From the NCBI RefSeq assembly GCF_001194135.2, contig NC_068983.1, positions 29,292,512 through 29,356,511 on the forward strand: DNA of 64,000 nucleotides. The letters run 5' to 3'. The notes beneath the pieces are model-generated. The model had not been told where the DNA came from, did not search any database, and saw only the letters and a list, made by a program, of their open reading frames with translations. This document shows, piece after piece, positions 1 through 10,812 of the stretch; positions within the stretch are counted from its first letter, which is position 1; each line of letters opens with the position of its first letter. The stretch comes from Octopus bimaculoides (taxonomy: Eukaryota). The position numbers were made by a program, and so were the translations under genes.

Positions 1-850
1 CTATCTCTTTCCCTACTTAATATATCAATTTTAAATTTTAGCAGAAGGTCAACAATTTTGTGGGGCAGAGGGATTTAGTTCATTATTTAGCGAAGAGTAA
101 ACATGAATCCTGTGTTCTTCTTTGTGTTAAAGTGAGTGTACTGGTGTGACAAACAACATTGAGTCAAAGTTAAACAACAAGTTTTTATAACAGTGTTCAT
201 ACAAAAGTGGATGTGAATAAATAAAAGTTGTACAAACGTGGTTGCATCTTATGTGATTGATGCTGAAACAGAAGAGAGTAAGAAAGGCGCCCACTACATA
301 ATGTGGTAGCAGAAATGGCCAAAGGCAAAGTGAGTTAGCAGTCCTAGCTGGCTGTGTCAGTTGACAAGCGGCCTGCCTAGAAAGGGAAAAGACGTAAAAG
401 AGAAAGATGGTTGTCCCTTTAAGGGTTTAAATACATCCCTAGCAGAAGTGCCATTGCAGCGCCACCTTCTGACGACAGAATGAGGGAACATTACTCCACC
501 CTGTTCCTTTCAGTATTTATGGCCCTTGCTACAATTACATTGACCCCTTGCTCAATTGTTACTTATTTTATCAACCCTGAAAGGATGAAAGGTTAAACCT
601 CAGCAGAATTTGAACTCAGATCATAAAGATGGACAAAATGCTGGTAAGCATTTTTACCCAGTGTGTTAATGATTCTATCAGCTTGCCACCTTTCCCTATT
701 GGGAAGCAAACTTCTTACCACACAGCTACTCCTGCACCTGGAGAAAGAAAAGAAAACTATGAAATATATTGATCTTTTTAGTGATTTATAATGGTTTAGG
801 ATGTAATGAAAGAGAACCAACTATGGAAAAACAGAAAAAAAAAATCTCAC

Positions 851-978
851 ATTTCTCTTTCAGAGATTCAACAAGCAACTGCTGCTTCTGTAAGTTTAGT
901 TCATCTTCCCGGTTGCACCATAATTTGTTTACCTTCAGTTGATGTTCCAGCATCATTTTCCTACTTCTTTTAATTAGC
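851..978 (-). CDS. Gene 2 exon (LIKRSRKMMLEHQLKVNKLWCNREDELNLQKQQLLVESLKEK)
   Basis: Long pyrimidine tract, atttag| ... at|gtgaga; 128 nt, phase 2->1. Confidence 0.8.
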
Positions 979-1077
979 CTAAATAAGTTTAGACAGGAAA
1001 TGAGATAAAGAAAAAAAAAGAAAGAAAATGAAATTAATGCAAAGGCAATGCTCCAGAAAGAGCCTCGATATACTCAC

Positions 1078-1123
1078 TTTTGACCAGCAACATTTAGCAG
1101 CCAGATATTTCTTAAATCACATC
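1078..1123 (-). CDS. Gene 2 exon (GCDLRNIWLLNVAGQK)
   Basis: gtag| ... aa|gtgagt; 46 nt, phase 1->2. Confidence 0.7.
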
Positions 1124-1151
1124 CTACCATTTTGATAAAAGGACATTAAAT

Positions 1152-1315
1152 AGGCACAGGAGTGGCTGTGTGGTAAGTAGCTTGTTTACCAGCCACATGG
1201 TTCTGGGTTCGGTCCTACTGCGTGGCACCTTGGGCAAGTGTCTTCTACTATAGCCTCGGGCCAACCAAAGCCTTGTGAGTGGATTTGGTAGACGGAAACT
1301 GAAAGAAGCCTGTCG

Positions 1316-1350
<35 letters not shown>

Positions 1351-1590
1351 ATGTATATATATATATATGTATGTGTGTGTATATGTTTGTGTGTCTGTGT
1401 TTGTCCTCCCCAGCATCGCTTGACAACCGATGCTGGTGTGTTTACATCCCGTAACTTAGCGGCTCGGCAAAAGAGACCGATAGAATAAGTACTAGGCTTA
1501 CAAAGTCCTGGGGTCGATTTACTCGACTATAAAGGCGGTGCTCCAGCATAGCCACAGTCAAATGACTGAAACAAGTAAAAGAGTAATGCA
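1152..1590 (+). mobile_element. SINE family A (tRNA-like head, internal (AT)/(GT)n); other + copies at 6965-7368, 17738-18118, 23935-24290
   Basis: GGCACAGGAGTGGCTGTGTGGTAAG head with A/B-box-like motifs; high mutual identity. Confidence 0.9.
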
Positions 1591-1873
1591 GTCCTAGATA
1601 TGGCCTTAGCTACAATAGCTAAAACAAATTAACTTTTTAGCATTTAATCCGGCCATATCTGGCGTAAATAGTCTATCTGTTTTATCTTAAAACTGATCAG
1701 ATATAGCCTCTCACACCTACTCTACAATGGCATTCTAAAAATATACAACCATTGAAATCTTGAAGCTACAAGATAATGCATGATTAATTCAAAACTGTGT
1801 GAATAAATTAGCAATATATTTGACGGCAAAATATCTGATTGCCAAAAGCTTTAAGAATATACTGTATATCATC

Positions 1874-1905
<32 letters not shown>

Positions 1906-1924
1906 ATATATATATATATATATT

Positions 1925-2122
1925 GATAGAAAGGACAACAAAAGAAAGAAAGAGACCTCGGTATTATGTAAATAAAGGAATTTATCTGTAAAAATATGTG
2001 ACACTTATTTGGTAGCCATGATAAAACTCCGAGTTTTGGATGCCAGGGTGGGAACCCACGCCAACATCTCTTCAGTTATCCGGCCATTGAAAATTCCTGT
2101 CATATATTCCACATATTTTTAC

Positions 2123-2126
<4 letters not shown>
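1925..2126 (-). mobile_element. Short element between (AT)n tracts containing a degenerate hammerhead (2015-2084)
   Basis: 17-nt internal inverted repeat ATCTGTAAAAATATGTG/CACATATTTTTACAGAT; CUGAAGA core with stems I-III on the minus strand. Confidence 0.55.
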
Positions 2127-2156
<30 letters not shown>

Positions 2157-2544
2157 NNNNNNNNNNNNNNNNNNNNNNNNNNNNNNNNNNNNNNNNNNNN
2201 NNNNNNNNNNNNNNNNNNNNNNNNNNNNNNNNNNNNNNNNNNNNNNNNNNNNNNNNNNNNNNNNNNNNNNNNNNNNNNNNNNNNNNNNNNNNNNNNNNNN
2301 NNNNNNNNNNNNNNNNNNNNNNNNNNNNNNNNNNNNNNNNNNNNNNNNNNNNNNNNNNNNNNNNNNNNNNNNNNNNNNNNNNNNNNNNNNNNNAGCAAAC
2401 AATAAATTACCTGCCTCTGGATACCCCCTAACTAAGACGGTACCCACACAAGTAATTCCCAAGAGTGCCTCTGGATTTAAACATCCCCTGGTTGCTTGGA
2501 TACTTCAGACTACCCCTGAAAAATTGAAGCAATCCTATCATTTA

Positions 2545-2574
<30 letters not shown>

Positions 2575-2581
<7 letters not shown>

Positions 2582-2935
2582 GCTCTGAATGCAGAAGATA
2601 CACATAGACTGGAGAGAAATGAAGATAGTATGCTCTGTTGGATGCGCAACATCAGTGCACATATATAACAAACTGTAAATGTATTGAGAGAAGAGTTGGG
2701 CATAAGAGGAATCAAATGTAGCATGCAAGAGTGAAGACTACGTTGGTTTGGACATGTGATGCATGTGAATGAGGACAGCTGCATAAAGAAAGTGGATGGC
2801 ACCCACGGAAGAGGGAGACCCAGAAAGATGTGGGATGAAGTGGTAAGGACCAATCTGAGGATGCTGGGCCTCATGAAGGAAATGATAATGGATTGAGATT
2901 TCTAGCTATATGAGGTTCTTGAGAAGACCCACCCA
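2575..2935 (+). mobile_element. RTE-clade LINE 3' fragment
   Basis: ALNAEDTHRLERNE..MLCWM and RLRWFGHVM-like remnants. Confidence 0.7.
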
Positions 2936-2959
2936 TGTCAGTGAGTTCTAGAAGCGCTA

Positions 2960-3445
2960 GGTGTCCCACCCTCACTTAACAGGAAAACTTCTCACACACT
3001 CTACCACAACAAACCAAACTACATCTCTACATCTCTTCTCTTCCTCACATTTCCACTTCATGCACTGGACTTACCTCTCACTCCCCATCTACTTACCCCT
3101 CCCTACCAGTACATTCTCAAAATATCATTCACACCACAAGACTCCTTTGAATGAACAGCACGTGGAATTTATATCTCCACATAATCTACTTGTAATAACA
3201 AAATATGAATTCCTATCAGAATCTACATACCATGGACAAGAAGCATTTCTACCTATTCTACACAGCACATTCCTTGGATAATGGAACTGCAACTGTAACA
3301 TCCAACAAATATTCATATTTTCATTCTCTTATTTTCCTTTATACTTCCTATATCCATCCTTTTCCAAAATAACTCCTTATATTGAACTCTACTATTTCCC
3401 TCTAGTTAGCTCTCTCATATCGTCACTGATGAAGGGATATCCACA
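2960..3445 (+). mobile_element. Probable Penelope-like 3' fragment ending at a truncated CTGATGA motif
   Basis: WIMELQL*HP resembles the GIY-YIG C-terminus; pyrimidine-rich tail; CTGATGAAGGGATATCC at 3426. Confidence 0.4.
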
Positions 3446-3551
3446 CAGACTTGGTTTTGTTGTTTCATTTTTTTTAACACACAGACACACAGACACACAC
3501 ACACACACACATGCCACACACACACACACGCGCGCACACACAGAGACACAG

Positions 3552-3582
<31 letters not shown>

Positions 3583-4415
3583 CGACGGGCTTCTTTCAGT
3601 TTCCGTCTACCAAATCCACTCACAAGGCTTTGGTCGGCCCGAGGCTATAGTAAAAGATACTTGCCCATGGTGCAATGCAGTGGGACTGAACCTGGGACCA
3701 TGTGGTTGGTAAGCAAGCTACTTACCACACAGCCACTCATTTTTTATGTGACACTAGCACTAGTGAAGTTGCCAAATAACTTGCAAGACAAAAGAAAAAG
3801 AAGCACTCCACCCTTAACTAAGTGGGGTTGTAGTAGTAGTGGGTGGGTGGGTGGTTTTATGCCAGATGTTGAGAGGTTAAAGTATGACAGAAGGACAGGC
3901 ACAGGGATCATACTCTAAAAGAGTTACATGACTACCCTGCATTACATAAGAGTGGAAAAGATAGATACATGGACTCCTTTCAGTTTCCATCTACCAATTC
4001 TGCTCACAATAGTGGAAGTGCATGGCTTAGTGGTTAGGGTGTTGGACTCATGATCGTAAGATTGTAGTTTTGATTCCTGTACCGGGTGATGCATTGTGTT
4101 CTTGAGCAAAACACTTCATTTTATGTGGCTCCAGTCCACTCAGCAGGTGAAAATGAGTAATCCTGTGATGGACTGGCGCGCTATCCAGGTGAGGAATTTA
4201 TACACCATGAAACCAAGAAAGTGGCCCTTATGTGTCGGTATGACTTGAGAAGGAAACTTTTAGTCAAAATGAACTGACCTCAGTACTTTTTTCTTTAAGG
4301 CCTTGTACTTATTCTTTCTGTCTCTTTGCCAAACCGCTAAGTGATGGGAATGTAAACACACCAACACCAGTTGTCAAGCAGTGGCTGGGGACAAACACAG
4401 ATACAAAGACACAAA

Positions 4416-4514
<99 letters not shown>

Positions 4515-5304
4515 CATGAGCTTGTTACAGTTTCCATCTACCAAATCCAATCATGAGGCTTTGGTTAGCCTGTGGACCAAAGAAGACACCTGCCCAAATG
4601 CCAGACAGTGGGAATGAACCCAGAACCTTGTGGTTAGGAAGTAAACTTCTTACCACACAGAAGACAAGACTATCTTATTCAGTGTGACTTTTCTTAAAAT
4701 GGTTGGGTACAAATTGAAGATTCGATTTGCTATTTCTAGAATTCCAGTAACCACTTACAGAGTCTACAATTGGCTCATAAAACTAGATGTGACCTTGAAC
4801 GACAGTTGGTAACAAAGGAGTTAAATGTATGCTCAGAATCAGAACAGAGTTATGACATTTCCAAAATTTAATATAATATTTTAAAGAGAAAAATGATAAT
4901 TGCTATGAAGTAAGAGATTAGCTACCAGCAAGATGACACTAGAATGTTGATGTTGTTGTTCTTATTGTTGTTTAGCAGTAGGTCATCCTGATTATAGCAA
5001 ACTATAATCAGAGGCATACCAATTTCTTATTTTTTTTCTCAGATATTATGTATACTCTTACTCTTTTACTTGTTTCAGTCATTTGACTGCGGCCATGCTG
5101 GAGCACCGCCTTTAGTTGAGCAAATCAACCCCAGGACTTATTCTTTGGAAACCTAGTACTTATTCTGTCGGCTTCTTTTGCCGAACCGCTAAGTTACGGG
5201 GACATAAACACACCAGCATCGGTTGTCAAGCAATGCTAGGGGGACAAAGACAGACACACAAACACAGACACACACACAAACACAGACACACACACACACA
5301 CAAG

Positions 5305-5340
<36 letters not shown>

Positions 5341-5389
5341 TTTATAAATATAATTAAGGGATCAGCAAAATATTTGCTTCACCATATAC

Positions 5390-5442
5390 CGAAGTTCAGA
5401 AAATAGCAGCTAAAAAAGCTGAGAATCTCACAGATAGCATCA
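5390..5442 (-). CDS. Gene 2 candidate exon (DAICEILSFFSCYFLNF)
   Basis: Only visible phase 2->1 bridge found, but it sits in a segment with an anomalous inverted junction beside a gap; the true exon could be in a gap. Confidence 0.35.
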
Positions 5443-6479
5443 CTTGTAACTCACAAAAGTAAAAACAAGAAGAAAAAACAATGAAAAACTAACCAANNNN
5501 NNNNNNNNNNNNNNNNNNNNNNNNNNNNNNNNNNNNNNNNNNNNNNNNNNNNNNNNNNNNNNNNNNNNNNNNNNNNNNNNNNNNNNNNNNNNNNNNNNNN
5601 NNNNNNNNNNNNNNNNNNNNNNNNNNNNNNNNNNNNNNNNNNNNNNNNNNNNNNNNNNNNNNNNNNNNNNNNNNNNNNNNNNNNNNNNNNNNNNNNNNNN
5701 NNNNNNNNNNNNNNNNNNNNNNNNNNNNNNNNNNNNNNNNNNNNNNNNNNNNNNNNNNNNNNNNNNNNNNNNNNNNNNNNNNNNNNNNNNNNNNNNNNNN
5801 NNNNNNNNNNNNNNNNNNNNNNNNNNNNNNNNNNNNNNNNNNNNNNNNNNNNNNNNNNNNNNNNNNNNNNNNNNNNNNNNNNNNNNNNNNNNNNNNNNNN
5901 NNNNNNNNNNNNNNNNNNNNNNNNNNNNNNNNNNNNNNNNNNNNNNNNNNNNNNNNNNNNNNNNNNNNNNNNNNNNNNNNNNNNNNNNNNNNNNNNNNNN
6001 NNNNNNNNNNNATCCCTTAATTATATTTATAAATATATATATATATATATACATATATATACGACAGGCTTCTTTCAGTTTCTGTCTACCAAATCCACTC
6101 ACAAGGCTTTGGTCAGCTCGAGGCTATAGTAGAAGACACTTGCCCAAGATGCCACGCAGTGGGACTGAACTCGGAACCATGTGGTTGGTAAGCAAGCTAC
6201 TTACCACACACCCACTCCTGCGCTATAATATCTTGAACTACATTATACAGTGTGTTCTTCCTCACATTTTTTTTTATTTAGGTAAGGAGTGATAAGCAAG
6301 AAATTTGACTGTTACTTCTAGCAAGTTAAGCAATCCTCCTGAAGCTGCTTTATGGCTTGTAGAAAGAGATAACTCATAAAGCTACCCAGATACACGGCTA
6401 GGAGGGTGAGGTCTACTCCAGGTGGTGCTGTTATGGAGGGAACACTTTTGGGTCTGCTGTATAAGTCTGTATAGGTAGT

Positions 6480-6625
6480 AGCAGTAACAACAGCAACAAC
6501 AACAACGGCAACAATAACAGCAGTAATGGAAGGAACACTAGCAGCAACAGAACTAGCACAATGATAACAACAACAACAGCAGCAGCAGCAGCAGCAGCAA
6601 CAACTACAACAGCAGCAGCAGCAGA
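6480..6625. repeat. (CAG/CAA)n trinucleotide tract, intronic, beside a gene 2 exon
   Basis: Direct reading. Confidence 0.9.
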
Positions 6626-6666
6626 AATTAGAAAAAAACAGAAATAAAAACAAAACAAATAATTAC

Positions 6667-6748
6667 TCTTTTTCATCCGCAACAAATTTGGTTTGAAATA
6701 TTGTTGCCATTTGTACATTTTGGCACATTTTTAAAAGTTCTGAAATGT
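6667..6748 (-). CDS. Gene 2 exon (DISELLKMCQNVQMATIFQTKFVADEK)
   Basis: ttttcttttttacccatcag| ... ga|gtaatt; 82 nt, phase 1->2. Confidence 0.8.
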
Positions 6749-7993
6749 CTGATGGGTAAAAAAGAAAAGAAATAAGAAAATATCAGATTGAAAAAAATAC
6801 TAAAAGACAAGATTTTAAAGTTTCACTTCACATCCTCCTGTCACACAACACCCACTTTCCTGATTCTTTTGGTACTTCAACCTGTTAAAGTTATCCCTTT
6901 TCTATGCTTACTACCTTCTTTTGCAGCAAATGTGTTTCCTATTTGATCCATCATGGACAACCTAGAGTGGCTGTGTGGTATGTAGCTTGCTTACCAACCA
7001 CATGGTTCTAGGTTCAGTCCCACTGTGTGGCACCTCGGGCAAGTGTCTTCTACTATAGCCTCAGGCCAACCAAAGCCTTGTGAGTGGATTTGGTAGATGG
7101 AAACTGAAAGAAGCCCGTCGTATATATGTATATATATATATATGTATGTGTGTGTATATGTTTGTGTGTCTGTGTTTGTCCCCCCAAACATCGCTTGACA
7201 ACCGATGCTGGTGTGTTTACGTCCCCGTAACTTAGCGGTTCAGCAAAAGAGACCAATAGAATAAGTTCTAGGCTTACAAAGTCCTGGGGTCGATTTACTT
7301 GACTAAAGGCAGTGCTCCAGCATGGCCGCAGTCAAATGACTGAAACAAGTAAAAGAGTAAAGGAGTAATTGTCTTGTCCCCTCACAATCTAAGCCTGAAA
7401 AATATTGTGGCTACGAATTCCCCTTTCCTCTTTTGAAGGCATGTAGCCTTGCCTTGTGGTTAGGGTGTTGGGCTCATGATTATCAGGTTGTCAGTTCAAT
7501 CCTCGGACAGGGCAGTGCACAGTGTTTTTTTTAGTAAAGCATTTCAATTCTCATTGCTCAAATACACTCAACTGAAAATAAGTACCAATTAACCTATGGA
7601 TTAACTTGTGATGGATTAATGTCTTGCTTAGTAGGGAAGCTTCATACAATCAATCTAAATATCTTAGAGATCCAGATAAACTCTGGTTTCACTAGCCAGT
7701 AGACTCAAAACAATTTTAACATCTCCCTCTCATTATATTACAAGGAATATAAGGCAGTGAGTTGGCAAAATCACTAACATGCTGGACAGAATTCTTAGTG
7801 GCATTTTGTCTATCTTCATGTTCTGGGTTCAAATTCATGCTTTTGGGGTTGACAAAATAAGAACCAGTTGAGCACAGGGGTTGATGTTATCAGCCACCTC
7901 CCTCCCACAAAATTTCAGGCCTTGTGCCTATAGCAGAAAAGATTATAATACAAGGAATAAACCATGCCTTTCTTCCTGCATTTATAGAGGGTG

Positions 7994-8378
7994 GAGGAGG
8001 CGCAATGGCCCAGTGGTTAGGGCAGTGGACTCGCAGTCATAGGATCGCGGTTTCAATTCCCAGACCGGGTGTTGTGAGTGTTTATTGAGCGAAAACACCT
8101 AAATCTCCACGAGGCTCTGGCATGGGATGGTGGCGAACCCTGCTGTACTCTTCCACCACAACTTTCTCTCACTCTTACTTTCTGTTGTGCCTGTAATTCA
8201 AAGGGTCAACCTTGTCACACTGTGTCACGCTGAATATCCCCGAGAACTACGTTAAGGGTACACGTGTCTGTGGAGTGCTCAGCCACTTGCACGTTAATTT
8301 CAAGAGCAGGATGTTCCGTTGATTGGATCAACTGGAACCCTCGACGTCGTAAGCGACAGAGTGCCAACAACAACAACA
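7994..8378 (+). mobile_element. SINE family B1 with 11-bp TSD; further copies at 11025-11365 (+) and 45677-46052 (-)
   Basis: TSD TATAGAGGGTG (7983-7993 / 8379-8389); (AAC)n tail. Confidence 0.9.
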
Positions 8379-8527
8379 TATAGAGGGTGACTAAAAATGT
8401 GTTAATCTCAGTATTTGAGGTTTTATTAAAGAAAAGTTCAACAGTTACCAATGACACCAGTCATCAGAACTAAATACAAATAAATAAATAAATAAAATCT
8501 GAAAAATGCAAAAATGTCATGACTTGC

Positions 8528-8635
8528 CTTTCTCCAGTTTGGTGCATTCTTGTAACTTCTTTTGGGTTTCACACTGATTGAGTTGTTGAGTCAATTCTGA
8601 CAAAACTCTAAGGTTGGCATCATAGTTCTCTTTGG
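8528..8635 (-). CDS. Gene 2 exon with GC donor (KENYDANLRVLSELTQQLNQCETQKKLQECTKLEK)
   Basis: ttcag| ... AAG|GCAAGT; 108 nt, phase 1->1; only one frame open; heptad-like pattern. Confidence 0.8.
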
Positions 8636-8811
8636 CTGAATTTCAGAGTAAGAATCAGAATATACCACAATGATAGCATCGTATAGATTTAACTCTTTCA
8701 AGTTCAGAATTAATGGTTTCAAATTTTGGCAGAAGGCTAGCAATTTTAAGGAAAATGACAACAGACAGCACTGTCCATAGCCCTGCAATTTTTTATGCAA
8801 GTACAGAAAGT

Positions 8812-8885
<74 letters not shown>

Positions 8886-8899
8886 GCACACGCACACGC

Positions 8900-8939
<40 letters not shown>

Positions 8940-9791
8940 TTCTAATACAAGCACAAAACCTCATGTTTAAAGGCAGGGAACAATCGATTATAATCAATAT
9001 CAGTACTTAAATGGAAGCTATATTATCAGCTTCAGAGGATTGAAAGGTTAATTGATCCAAGCAATATTTGGACCCTGAATTTAAAGATATGTAACTAAAA
9101 TATCACAATGCATCTTGTTGAGTGCTCTACTGATTGTGCCAAACCATTGCAGTCACTTTTACTATTAGTATAAATAACAACAGTAGAATCATACTTCTGA
9201 AATAAAATTATGCGAACCGCTAAGTTAAGGGGACGTAAACACACCACCATCGGTTGTCAGGCGATGTTGGGGGACAAACACAGACACACATACATATATA
9301 TACATATATACGACGGGCTTCTTTCAGTTTCTGTCTACCAAATTTACTCACAAGGCTTTGGTCGGCCCGAGGCTATAGTAGAAGATACTTGCCCAAGGTA
9401 CCACACAGTGGGACTGAACCTGGAACCATGTGGTTCATTAGCAAGCTACTTACCACACAGCCACTCCTACATCTGAACTGTTATAATATCAAATGTTCCT
9501 GATGTTATCTTATTACTCTCCAGCTGTGTATCTTCAACAAGCACTCCATGATATCTCTATTCAATAATCCCTATGACCTGTACACTATGACACTCTTCTC
9601 AGACTGTTCTGCGCATGCTCATTTATACTAACTAGTATAGTTCATTTAGCCAATCACGGGGGTGTACAGATTCCCTATACGACAAAAAGAAATACTTTAC
9701 CTTGATCCAACTGGACCTAGTGGAAAAGAAAATAATAAAATAATTGAAAGTTTTCAAATTTGCAGGTGAGATAAATAATTACTCAACATAC

Positions 9792-9830
<39 letters not shown>

Positions 9831-10271
9831 TTCCCTCTAACTTTACTCTTTCTGTACTGCCACCCTTTCTCTCTTTCTCCTTTGGCCACCTCTACTTTCG
9901 CCCATCACCCACTCTTGTCCCTGTTCACCCCTGCTTTTGATCATCACTTCACTCTCATCTACATCCTAATAAATCTGTCTCTTCCTATCTTGCTCTTTTC
10001 CCTTTCACCCAATCATTCTAGCTTTTCTGCTGGCATTGCTCAGCAGAGAAGTAGTTGGGTTGTGAGGTACCTGTAGTCATGCCCAATCAAGGGCTTAGCA
10101 ATCTTTCTTGCATTGGTGCCACAAGAAAATGCATCCAGTACACTCTGTAAAAGCAGTTAGTGATAGGAAGGACATCCAGCCATAGAAACCAAGCTAATGG
10201 ACATGTGACTCCCACTAAGAAATGGCTTGCACCATGATGAATAATCCAACTCATGTCAACATAAAAGCCTG

Positions 10272-10365
<94 letters not shown>

Positions 10366-10748
10366 CTCTCTCTCTCTCTTTTATCTTTTATTCAGTCATT
10401 GGACCATGGTTATGCTGGAGTGCTGTCCTGAGAAAACGTCAAACAATGCCTCATGAGACTTGAACCTGTATCTCCTACAGACATGACAGATGTTCTACTA
10501 TTGTACTAAAGGGCCTCATACAGATCTATCAAGCAAATCAATTGTGCTCAATCTTTGAAATCAATTAGATTGAAAGTTCTCCAGTTCTTTACATATTTTG
10601 AACCATTGTTACTTCTGACCATGTTGGTTCACCATGAAAGATGATACTTCAGTTCAAAAATTTCGTTTTTCCTCCATCTCTTTTGTGGCTGCTTCTCCAC
10701 GACAGCTTGAATGGAATAATTTAGTGTTTTGTGAATTTGGTTATTTAC

Positions 10749-10812
10749 ATATAAAGTATACTGAACGAATAACATTTATAGCTTGGTACCTCTCATTCTG
10801 TTTATCATTCAA
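10749..10812 (-). CDS. Gene 2 exon (LNDKQNERYQAINVIRSVYFI)
   Basis: ctcctgtttcactttcag| ... at|gtaaat; 64 nt, phase 0->1. Confidence 0.72.

Noticed and set aside
864-889. Plus-strand micro-exon pattern tttcag|AGATTC...TTCT|gtaagt
   Set aside because: It is the antisense of the well-supported 851-978 exon and has no partner exons.
2420-2517. Minus-strand segment with strong acceptor and donor
   Set aside because: Stops in all frames; the one alternative donor creates TGA at the junction with the next exon.
10630-10760. Alternative open frame YTLYVNNQIHKTL...ELKYHLS
   Set aside because: Weak acceptor, and available donors give phase 2, incompatible with the next exon; 10749-10812 fits instead.
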